From Bryobacterales bacterium (GTDB taxonomy: Bacteria > Acidobacteriota > Terriglobia > Bryobacterales > Bryobacteraceae): 64,000 nucleotides of DNA. The position numbers and the translations under genes were made by a program. Numbering within the stretch: position 1 is the stretch's first letter; each line of letters starts with the position of its first letter. The stretch lies in the NCBI GenBank assembly GCA_963744175.1, contig CAVUSQ010000002.1:62178-126177 (forward strand), read 5' to 3'. Below, one piece after another: positions 28,776 through 37,980 of the stretch. The notes below the pieces were generated by a model that saw nothing but the letters and a program-made list of their open reading frames with translations, was not told where the DNA came from and made no database searches.

Positions 28776-28851
28776 TCCACCGCCCTCGCTATACAAACTT
28801 CAGAAACAAGACACTAGTATGTATGCGGTGCATCCAATCGAAGACCGCGCC

Positions 28852-31800
28852 TCAGAAGGTCATCTTCAGCGCCAACTGCATTACACGCGGGGTAAAGCCG
28901 ATGTTGGAGGCCGTGATCTGGCCGAATGCTCCCGCGTTCGTCGGAATGCCCGCTGGGTTGTCCTTGACTGTCCAACTGGAAATGGCGGCTCCCGGAAGGG
29001 CAAACTGCGGGGTATTCGTGATATTGTAGGCCTCGGCACGGAATGACAAACGATACTTTTCGGTGAATTGGAAGTCTTTGAAGATCGAGAAATCCAGTCC
29101 TCTCCAGTCCGGACCGTAGCACTGAGCGCGCCCTTCATTTCCGGGATTGCCGATAGACTGCTGCTGGAAGGCATTCAAATTGATCCAGTTGTGAATCGTC
29201 GGGTTCGACGCCTGGCAGGACTGGCCTGAGATCTGATTCGGGCGGTCCGAAGAGGTATTCGGCAAGTTGATCAGATTCTGTCCGTCCGTAACGGTGTATG
29301 GCTCACCGGACTGCCAGAATGCTATGGCGTTCGCCTGCCACCCGCCGATAGCTGCCCTGGTCAAGCCCTTCGCGGACTTACCGAACGGAAGTTCGTAATT
29401 GATGCGCATGGTGAACTTGTTTTTGAAGCCGATGTTGGAGTTGCCCCAGTCGTAACTGCGATTGTTGATCACTTGCCCGATGGTCTCGGCGATGTCGGTC
29501 AGGCTGGTCAGGTTGCGGTTGAACACATAGTTGGCATTCACGGTCAAGCCGTTGGAGTAGCGTCGCTCGAAGATAAACTGCGCGGCATTATATTCACTGG
29601 CCCCACCTGTGCCGTAGTCCGTTATTCCGGTAATGTTGGGGAGGGTCGCGGCTCGAACGTAGCCAGGCGTCACCGCCGTTCCTGAAGGCACAGGCAAATT
29701 CACATTCGGGGCATATTGCAGATGACGCCCGAGTGACCCGATGTAGGACACGGTAAAGACATTCTGGCCAAGCTGTTTCTGTGCTGTGAAGTTCCACTCC
29801 ATGACTTTCGCCCCTGGATAATAATCAGAGTGCGAGGACAAGGATGAATTCAGACCGCCGGCCACAGGTCCGAGCAGTTGCGGGATATTGGCGGGCACGA
29901 TCGGAGGTGGGCCTTGCGACAATGTACCTACGCCCGCCGGACACACCGACGATCCCGTCAACGCAGCCGGAGAACAGGTAAAGCTCACGGTTACGAAAGG
30001 CGGGTTGGGAAGGTTCAATGAGCCCGAGGCATAATCCTGCGCGAAGTAGCTCATACCGAAGCCTCCCCGAAGCACCAAACCTTTACCGGGGTTGTACGCA
30101 TAGCCCAAGCGCGGTTGGAACTGCTTCCAGTTGGGCTGCACGCAGGCAGCTTGCCCAATACAAAACGTATTGGTGTCGATCTGGTAATTCGAACGCTGAG
30201 CAGTCGCGCTTTGGAGCTGACCGATGTGATCCCAACGCAGGCCAAGATTGAGAGTCAGCTTGCGTGTGGCGTGCCAGTCGTCCTGGATGTAAATGTGAGG
30301 CTCCCAGGTCCGATAATATTGGAATTGATAAGGGTACTGCCGAGTGATGGTGGTGGGAACACCTTGTAGGAAGTTGGCAAGACTGTTGGGCGGAGCGCCC
30401 GCGGTTGCCGCGCTCCAGACGAAATTGCCCGTGCCGTTCTGGATCTGGTAATACTGCTCCTGACGCCGGATCATGCCGGCGCCGATCTTGATGTTATGAG
30501 AGCCGCGGGTCCACGTGACCACGCCCTCTTCCTGAAACACATTGTCGATTTCATAAATAGGAACGGAAGTACAGTCGCCCAGTGTGTTGCAGCTTCCCGA
30601 ACCGGTGTAGCCGTTGATCGAGACATTCGCCAACCCGGAGACATATTTGTTCACGTCCGCTCCGGGGATGCCAAACAGGTTCGACAGGTTCGTGCCCTGA
30701 TTTGCCGAGAGAGTCGCAACGTTTAGCCGGGTGAAGCCGTCCTTCAGTTCCATCGCGAGTGTCGGAGTGAAGATGTGAATGTAATCCAGCATGTATGCTT
30801 GCGAGTTCTCGGTCGAGTTACCCGGGTAAATGCCGTTGCCTGGATTGATGAGTATGCCGTCCTCTTTGACTTGGGGATACAGGGTTGGATACACGGTAGT
30901 CGTCGGGTTGTAGGTGAAACGGCCGAACATGCTGTCCTTGTCGGTGAAACGGTGATCGATTCGCGCATCGACCGTCTTGGCAAAATACTGGTTGTTCACA
31001 TTGCCCGAGTAGTTAGCCGTGGGCGGTGCGCCCGGAATGTTTGCCGCCGGGAAGAGTGACAGATACTCCACCGCGACGCGATCGAGCAGTGTAGGCGCAA
31101 TCACCGGTCCGCCGACATCGGAGAAATTGCCGGGATTCGCTTTTTCAAAGGCAGTTGGCGTGGCCAGCAAGCCTGTGTTCTTGCCCTGGATCAGCCGCAG
31201 CACCTCGATATCGCCAAAGAAGAAGGTCCTGTTCTTGATGATCGGCCCGCCCACGCTGCCGCCAAACTGGTTTTGGTGGAACTCCGCGCGCCCAATGGCT
31301 GCACTGTTCGCGAAGAAGTCGTTGGCGTTCAATTGGGTGTTGCGGAAATATTCGTACACTCCGCCGTGGAACGCGTTGGTGCCCGACTTCGTGATCAGAT
31401 TGATGACCGCGCCGCCCGCCCTTCCCTCTTCCGCCGGGTAGGCATTGGTGTCTATCTTAACTTCCTCGAGCGAATCGATCGATGGCCGGTAGAGTATCGA
31501 GAACTGTTCGCGCTCGTTGTTGTCCATGCCGTCGACCAGGTGGTTGTTGAAAGTCTCATTCTGGCCGTTGGCGACAACGCCCGAAGTCTGCCGCCGATCG
31601 TCCGGGCGGGTGCCACTGATAATCGAGTTGGAAGGTGCGGCCGCGGCGCCGGGCGCGGTTTCGACCAGGGTGATGTAATTGCGGCCGTTCAGCGGAAGAT
31701 CCTGAACGGACTTCGCCGCCACCGTATCCCGCATCGTGGAGCTATCGGTCTGCAGTGCGGGAGTGGTCGCGGTCACTTCCACAGTTTGGGTGGTGTCACC

Positions 31801-32142
31801 GACTTGTAACTGAGCATCGGTACGGGCGCGGTCACCGGCGACGAGAGTTACGGTTGTTACAAACCTCTTAAAGGCTGGTGCTTCCACGGTTACCCGGTAC
31901 TGGCCGGGCGGCAGCAGGTTAATGACGAAGTCACCCGATCCAGTGCTCTGCGTGGTTCTCGCTTCCGAGGTCGCCGTATTGACGACCGTGATCTTCGCAT
32001 TCGGCAGCAATGCGCCCGCAGCATCGGTAACTGTGCCTAAGATATCCGCGGTGATGAGCTGGGCGAATGCCTGAGCTCCGAAGAAACAAAGAAAGAGAAA
32101 GCACCCACTGAGTGTGCGAGACAGACGTTGTTGCATACTCAC
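28852..32142 (-). CDS. TonB-dependent-receptor-like outer-membrane protein with N-terminal carboxypeptidase-regulatory-like domain
   Basis: 1096 aa with a signal peptide. ADILGTVTDAAGALLPNAKITVVNTATSEARTTQSTGSGDFVINLLPPGQYRV (CarboxypepD_reg-like). DLPLNGRNYITLV plug region. Terminal ...LALKMTF aromatic residue typical of OM barrels. Confidence 0.9.
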   Translation of the reverse strand: MSMQQRLSRTLSGCFLFLCFFGAQAFAQLITADILGTVTDAAGALLPNAKITVVNTATSEARTTQSTGSGDFVINLLPPGQYRVTVEAPAFKRFVTTVTLVAGDRARTDAQLQVGDTTQTVEVTATTPALQTDSSTMRDTVAAKSVQDLPLNGRNYITLVETAPGAAAAPSNSIISGTRPDDRRQTSGVVANGQNETFNNHLVDGMDNNEREQFSILYRPSIDSLEEVKIDTNAYPAEEGRAGGAVINLITKSGTNAFHGGVYEYFRNTQLNANDFFANSAAIGRAEFHQNQFGGSVGGPIIKNRTFFFGDIEVLRLIQGKNTGLLATPTAFEKANPGNFSDVGGPVIAPTLLDRVAVEYLSLFPAANIPGAPPTANYSGNVNNQYFAKTVDARIDHRFTDKDSMFGRFTYNPTTTVYPTLYPQVKEDGILINPGNGIYPGNSTENSQAYMLDYIHIFTPTLAMELKDGFTRLNVATLSANQGTNLSNLFGIPGADVNKYVSGLANVSINGYTGSGSCNTLGDCTSVPIYEIDNVFQEEGVVTWTRGSHNIKIGAGMIRRQEQYYQIQNGTGNFVWSAATAGAPPNSLANFLQGVPTTITRQYPYQFQYYRTWEPHIYIQDDWHATRKLTLNLGLRWDHIGQLQSATAQRSNYQIDTNTFCIGQAACVQPNWKQFQPRLGYAYNPGKGLVLRGGFGMSYFAQDYASGSLNLPNPPFVTVSFTCSPAALTGSSVCPAGVGTLSQGPPPIVPANIPQLLGPVAGGLNSSLSSHSDYYPGAKVMEWNFTAQKQLGQNVFTVSYIGSLGRHLQYAPNVNLPVPSGTAVTPGYVRAATLPNITGITDYGTGGASEYNAAQFIFERRYSNGLTVNANYVFNRNLTSLTDIAETIGQVINNRSYDWGNSNIGFKNKFTMRINYELPFGKSAKGLTRAAIGGWQANAIAFWQSGEPYTVTDGQNLINLPNTSSDRPNQISGQSCQASNPTIHNWINLNAFQQQSIGNPGNEGRAQCYGPDWRGLDFSIFKDFQFTEKYRLSFRAEAYNITNTPQFALPGAAISSWTVKDNPAGIPTNAGAFGQITASNIGFTPRVMQLALKMTF

Positions 32143-32286
32143 CCCTTGAGAGTTCCGGATTTGCTTTAAGCTTCCAGACTCGTGAATCTAGGCTAAGCTA
32201 CTCCAGAAGAGCGCCGGTGTCAAGGGGGGTGGTATTTAGAAGGGTAGTTGAGTCTTTATCGCTGGAGTTAAGGGTCGGTTGCAATA

Positions 32287-32343
32287 CGATTCTTTTGGCG
32301 GAAATGCTCGCGTCTGTCCGCATGCTTACGCATGGCGGTTCAG
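32287..32343 (+). repeat. Copy B of a hairpin-forming intergenic repeat
   Basis: CGATTCTTTTGGCGGAAATGCTCGCGTCTGTCCGCATGCTTACGCATGGCGGTTCAG. The core 32298-32343 matches 56001-56047 except for one substitution and one 1-nt indel. Confidence 0.6.
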
Positions 32344-32347
32344 ATAT

Positions 32348-34038
32348 CAGTCTAAGCCGAAGGTGGCGATCACATCTCCCACTGCCAGTGACATGTACTG
32401 CTTGCCGTTGGCCAGATATGTCATCGGCGAAGCGTACACCCGGTCGTTGCCGGCGAAATACCAGAGGCGCTCGCCGGTGCGCGCGTCGAGGGCGAAGATC
32501 ACACCTTCCTGCGTGCCGCCGAATACCAGGTTGCCCGCCGGTGGACGTAACTCCGCCCCACGGCGGCGTCAGCACCTTGTGCTCCCACTTGATTACTCCC
32601 GTAAGCGGATCGATCGCGATGACCTTGCCCCAGCTCTCTTCCGGAGCGAAGCGCGCCGGACGGCCCCGGCCGCCACCGCCGGGCAGATTGCCGCCATTAC
32701 CGAAGATGCCGTTCGAGTTTAACGGAGAGCGGACGGCGCCAGGGCCGCGGAGCGGTTTCGTCGTCGGTTGCCGTGGCGAATGGCGTTCTTGGTGAACATG
32801 CGGCGCTCATCGCGGGCAAACACATACATCAGCTTGGTGATCGGACTGTAGCTGTGGGCCATCCAGTTGGCCCCTCCGTCGACGCCGGGCTGGATCTTGT
32901 CGTTGCCTTCGGGCGTCGGATCGTTGCCTGGAATAATATCCGGGCGTCCCTTGTCGTCAAAGCCCTTGTTCCAGGTCTGCCGCACGAAAGGCTTGGCAAA
33001 TTGGAATTCCCGTTGACCCGGTCCAGCAGATAGAAAAACCCATTGCGGTTGGCCCATGCCATCAGCTTCCGCGGCCGCCCGCGCAGCTCCGCGTCGATCA
33101 GCACAGGAATCTGGGTCGAGTCCCAATCGTGGGTATCGCTGGGGGTGAACTGAAAATGCCACTTGAGCTTTCCGGTGTCGGGATCCAGCGCTATCACCGA
33201 GCATGAATATAAATTGTCACCGGTCCCGCGCTCATCGCGATTGTAATCCGGCCAGGGATTGCTGGTGCCCCAAAAAACCGTGTTGGTATCGGGGTCATAG
33301 GAGCCGGTGTTCCAGGTGGTTACGCCGCCGGTCTTCCACGAATCGCCCGCCCAGGTTCCGAAATTCGCCTCGCCCGGCTGTGGAATGGTATGGAAGCGCC
33401 AGGCCAGCTTGCCGGTCTTGGCATCATAAGCGTCGAGGAAACCTGAGACTGGATGCTCGCCGCCCGCCATGCCGACGATCACCTTGTCCTTCACGATCAG
33501 CGGCGCGCCGGTGGCGGCATAACCATCGTCGGCGGCGTAATCGTGAATGTCGGTCTTCCAGAGTTCGCGGCCCGATTTGGCATCGACCGCGACCAGGTGC
33601 ATATCGAGCGTGTTCATGTACAGGGTCTTGCCCAGAATCGCCAAGTCCGCGGTTGACTCTTCCGCAACAGTTGTAGGTGCGCTCGGGATTGCGGTAGCTG
33701 TAGACCCACAACACGCGGCCCGTTTCCGCGTCCAGAGCGTAAATATCGTTCTCCGGGCGGGTGAGGTACATGATTCCGTCGACCACCAGCGGAGTGGTTT
33801 CGAACTTCTCGTTGTGGCGGCCCTGGAACAGCCATTTTACGTGAAGGTTTTTTACGTTCCCCTGGTTGATCTGATCGAGGCCGCTGAAACGCCAGCTGTT
33901 ATAGGTGCTGGAATACATCAGCCAGTTGCCCGGCTCTTTGTCGGCATGCAGCAGACGGTCGTTGGTAATGGGCAGCCCCTGCGCGTGCAGGAGGACGGTT
34001 GCCGTGATGGTGAGCATACAGGCTCGTCGATTTGTCAT
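32348..34038 (-). pseudogene. PQQ-dependent dehydrogenase (methanol/ethanol quinoprotein family), frameshifted
   Basis: Fragments 33424..34038 (NWLMYSSTYNSWRFSGLDQIN...KWLFQ...ETTPLVVDGIMY), 32829..33644, 32719..33204 and 32198..32575 (part) tile an 8-bladed propeller dehydrogenase. Probable end ...ATFGLD* (TGA 32348-32350). At least 4 frame breaks. The start overlaps the cytochrome c stop (ATGA 34035-34038). Confidence 0.85.
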
Positions 34039-34784
34039 TGCTCTCCTCGCAGGGAACTCAAGTATGCCACTACGTCGTTCAGCTCCTTCGCGCTGAGAAT
34101 CGCGCCGAAGGCCGGCATTAGTGCGGGTTTGTCGTGCCGGATCTCCTGGATATTGTCCTTGTTGAAGGAACGCAGATTGTCGTTGGAGTCCCGAAGTTGA
34201 ATGGAAATATCGTCCTCGTTCAGGCGGATCCCGCTGACTGTGCGGCCGTTCTTGAGCACCACTTCCACCGCGCGATAGCGTATCGGCACATCTGCTTCCG
34301 GGCTGACCAGAGATTCGGTTAGATACGCGAGATTGCGCCGGCGGCCCACGTCGGCTAAGTCGGGCCCGACTGTTCCGCCAATAAGTCCGATCGAGTGACA
34401 GGTCGAGCAGTGGCCCTTGCCTTCAAAGATCGCCTTGCCAGCGCCGGTATCGCCGACAGCTTTCTCGCCTATGCCCGCCGAGCCGAGTTTCCTCACGAAG
34501 GCGACCAGCTTCCAGACGTCGGTGTCAGTGATCGCAACGGCAGGCATCGCTCCCGGAATGCCGTTGCGGATGGTTTTAAAGAGATCGGCATCCGAACTGC
34601 CGTGGGTATAGATGCCGGTGGTGAGATCGGCTCCGCGCCCGCCTTGGCCGCGGCTTCCGTGGCAATACGCGCAGTTCTTCGAAAACAAAGGCACGGCGTC
34701 CGGGCTATCCGCCGGAGTCTGAGCCGCGGCTAACGCAATCGCGCAGCTAAACCCGATGACATTCCGCATTCCAATTTTGCGCAT
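34035..34784 (-). CDS. Dihaem c-type cytochrome
   Basis: Two CxxCH motifs (CAYCH, CSTCH) and a signal-like MRNVIGFSCAIALAAAQTP. The start is uncertain (Met at 34784 or 34769; the track gives 34826). Confidence 0.8.
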   Translation of the reverse strand: MRKIGMRNVIGFSCAIALAAAQTPADSPDAVPLFSKNCAYCHGSRGQGGRGADLTTGIYTHGSSDADLFKTIRNGIPGAMPAVAITDTDVWKLVAFVRKLGSAGIGEKAVGDTGAGKAIFEGKGHCSTCHSIGLIGGTVGPDLADVGRRRNLAYLTESLVSPEADVPIRYRAVEVVLKNGRTVSGIRLNEDDISIQLRDSNDNLRSFNKDNIQEIRHDKPALMPAFGAILSAKELNDVVAYLSSLRGEQ

Positions 34785-34841
34785 TCTCTGAACATATAGC
34801 CTACGCAAACCGTCGCCGCTTTGCAATCAGCTCCGTGCAAA

Positions 34842-36585
34842 ATGGAAAATGATCTGACAAAATCGTTGGCAGCCATGATCCGCGTTTCCTTCCTCCTTTT
34901 TTTATCGGCTCTTCCCGCGATGCCTCAGACGCCTGACGTCATTTACTACAACGCCGCGATTATTACGATGTCGCCTTCGCAGCCGGCCGCCGAGGCTGTC
35001 GCCATCCGAGGCGATCGCTTTACCGCTGTCGGCGCTAATGCCGACGTGCTCAAGACGGCCGGCCCCGAAACGCGCAAGATCGATCTCGGTGGAAAGTGCA
35101 TAGTGCCCGGCATCATCGAGACTCACGTCCACCCGATTGGCGCGGCGCTCAGTGAGATCGACGGCCCTGTGCCTCTGGTCCATTCGATCGCTGAGTTGAA
35201 GGATTATATCCAGACACAGGACAAAAAACTTCCGCCCGGGCGGCTGATCTTCATTCCGAAAGTCTACTCGACGCGCCTCACTGACCATCGTTATCCCACC
35301 CGTTATGAGCTGGACCAAGCAGCGCCCGACAATCGCGAAGTGGTCGCCGATAACGGATATGCGGCCGTGGTTAACTCGCTGCTCCTCAGGAAACTTGGCA
35401 TCAACCGCGATACACCGCAACCCGCGAATGGCCGCATCGAAAAGGACGCGAAGGGCGAGCCTACGGGGCTGATTCTCGGCGCGCCGCAGTTGCTCGAATC
35501 CGTGCGCACTCCACGACCAATCAACGCGAAAGACCGTTTGTGGGCGCTGAAGACGATGCTCGCGCGTTATAATTCCGTCGGCATCACCAGCATCATCGAC
35601 CGCTCCGAGGGACCAGAAGGCTTTAGAACCTACCAGACGCTCTATCAGTCCGGCGGGTTGACCGCCCGCAGTTTCGTTACCTATCTTATCCAGGCGCAAG
35701 GCACGCCCGCCCAGGTGCGAGCGGAGATCGAGCGCATCCCGTTCACCACCGGCGTTGGCGACAACTGGGTTCGGGTCGGATCGCTCAAGACCATCGCCGA
35801 CGGAGGGATTCTGATCGGCACCGCGTACCTGCGCGAACCCTACGGCCCGCATACCCAGATCTACGGCTTCCTCGATCCGAGTTATCGCGGCGTCCTTAGC
35901 GTACCGATAGAAAACCTCTTCGAAATGGCGAAGACGGCCGCGGAACTGGGCTGGCAGATGACCGCGCACACTACCGGCGGCGGCGCCACCGACGCGCTGC
36001 TCGAATCCTATGAATACGCCAACCGCACCATGCCGATTCAGCGATCGCCGCTTCACCGTGACCCACGGCAACTTCCCCAACCGCCAAGCCATCGAACGTT
36101 CGAAGAAATTAGGCGTCGTCTACGATATCCAGCCGTTTTGGCTGTACCTTGACGGGCCCGCGATTAAGGACGTCTTCGGCCCCGAGCGAATGAAGGACTT
36201 TCAGCCGCTGCGCTCATTGTTCGACGCCGGAATCGTCGTGGGCGGCGGTTCCGATCATATGGTCCGCTCCGATCCCCGCGAAGCTACCAACCCGTATCAT
36301 CCATTCCTGGGAATGTGGATCGCGGTCACCCGCAAGATGGTGGACGGACAGGTCCTGAATCCCGAACAGCGCATCACGCGCATGGAAGCACTGAAAATGT
36401 GGACCTGGAACGGCGCCTATCTCACTTTCGAGGAAAAGGAAAAAGGATCGATCGAGCCCGGCAAGCTCGCGGATCTCGCGGTCATCACTAAGAACTACGC
36501 CACGTGTCCCGAGGATGAGATCAAAGACATCGAGGCGCTGCGCACCGTCGTAGGCGGCAAAGTGGTGTATGACCGGCTTCCTTGA
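34842..36585 (+). pseudogene. Amidohydrolase-family (Amidohydro_3-like) metal-dependent hydrolase, one frame break near 36040
   Basis: ORF 34821..36152 (signal-like MIRVSFLLFLSALPAMPQ; GKCIVPGIIETHVHP metal motif) continues in ORF 36010..36585 (RRFTVTHGNFPNRQAIERSKKLGVVYDIQPFW...). The start codon is uncertain (TTG 34821, ATG 34842 or ATG 34875). Confidence 0.8.
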
Positions 36586-36597
36586 TTCGGGCGATAG

Positions 36598-36709
36598 CAG
36601 GATGCTGAAAAAGGCATATTAGCCGCCGATGAACGCAGATGAACGCGGATACAAAAGCGGCAAAGGCCTTGTTGCGGCCAACCTTGTCTTTGACTTTTTC
36701 AGCAGCCTG
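36598..36709. repeat. Palindromic intergenic element with internal tandem 9-mer
   Basis: Arms CAGGATGCTGAAAAAG (36598-36613) and CTTTTTCAGCAGCCTG (36694-36709) are complementary at 15 of 16 positions. Inside: GATGAACGC-A-GATGAACGC (36628-36646). Confidence 0.45.
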
Positions 36710-36786
36710 TGCCAGCGGGATCCCCGCCCTGACGGGACGGGGTTATAACCCCTGGCGGTCAGCCATGCGGGAAACATGAAGTTGCT

Positions 36787-37949
36787 CTAATCGATGACGA
36801 TCCGGCGCGTCCATTGCGAGTTGTCCTCGCGATTGCTGATGAGTGTTTCGCGCAGCTGATCGCGCGTGGGCTGGATGTCGCCGCGAGCGTTGATCGCCCT
36901 TGAAACCAGACTGTGCTCTCCGGGCGCCGGCTGCTTCCAGGGCAGGGACCACAGGACCCATGCGGCGTCCCCCTCGCGGTGATCGATAGTCGCGGTACGC
37001 CACGCGCCTCCGTCGATCTGAACCTCGACACGGCGATTCTTGCGGGACCTCCCCACGCTGCTCCCGCGATATTGTATTCGAATCGCTCCCCGACTGGGCG
37101 CCGCGTGACACGGGCGATGACCGACTTTAGATTGTTGCGCGAGATGGAGCTGTCCAGCCAGAGAGTGCCCGCAGGCGACTTTATCGCCCGAAGGCTCTGA
37201 TAGTTTCGCGCCATTTGCCGGCCCTCATACGGCCGGTCGATCACTTCGATCCGCGTCAACCACTTGATTTGCGCCATCCCATACCAGCCCGGCATGATCA
37301 AGCGCAGTGGAAAGCCGTGTTCCGGCGGCAGCGGTTTACCGTTCATCCCGAAAGCCAGCAGGTTATCCTCGGCTAGAGCGTCTTGGACATACAGACTCCA
37401 ACCGTGTGGCGAAAGGTAGCTGGTATTACCAGCCTCAAACTTCTTGTCTTCTTCCGAGTCCATGCCCAGGAACACAACCTCTCGAGCCTCGGGGCTCAAG
37501 GAGCACTCCTTCAGTACTGCCGCGAGGCTCACACCCGACCATGACGCGGTACTCACCAACCCATTCATGATTCGCGGATCGCCGGTGTTTCCGGAGCACT
37601 CAATAGTTGTCGTGACGGTACGGCGGTCGGGCCGGTTGAGAAAATCCTCTAGAGACAGGGCTATCGGACGCTTCAGCAGGCCGCCTATCCGCAACTGCCA
37701 GCCACTCGAATCGGCGGAGATTGTACTGGTCTGATGAAAGGCAAAGAAATCATCGGCGGGAGTGATCGCCGAAGTGAGAGTACGCAAGTCGAAGCACTTT
37801 ACTCTTGGATTCGCGGCCTGCGCATCGGTGCGAAACTCCGGCCCATAGTCGCTAAACGCGACCAATTCTTCATCGGGAGCGAGAGCGAGCGCCAGAAAGG
37901 GGAATCCGGAACTCGCTGCGAGAAAGCGGCGGCGGGACCATCGGCCCAA
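36787..37949 (-). pseudogene. Sulfite-oxidase-family molybdopterin oxidoreductase (Tat-exported), one frame break near 37060
   Basis: Twin-arginine signal MGRWSRRRFLAASSG. Oxidored_molyb-like TIECSGNTG...FPLRLIMPGWYGMAQIKWLTRIEV. The C-terminal dimerisation part continues in the frame of ORF 36787..37056 (RRVEVQIDGGAWRTATI...). Confidence 0.8.
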
Positions 37950-37980
37950 CTCAGCGCCTCACGTTCCACTGGGGCATTAA

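Noticed and set aside
34902-36092. 396-aa minus-strand ORF
   Set aside because: It is antisense to the amidohydrolase gene, whose product has the expected signal peptide and HxH metal motif.
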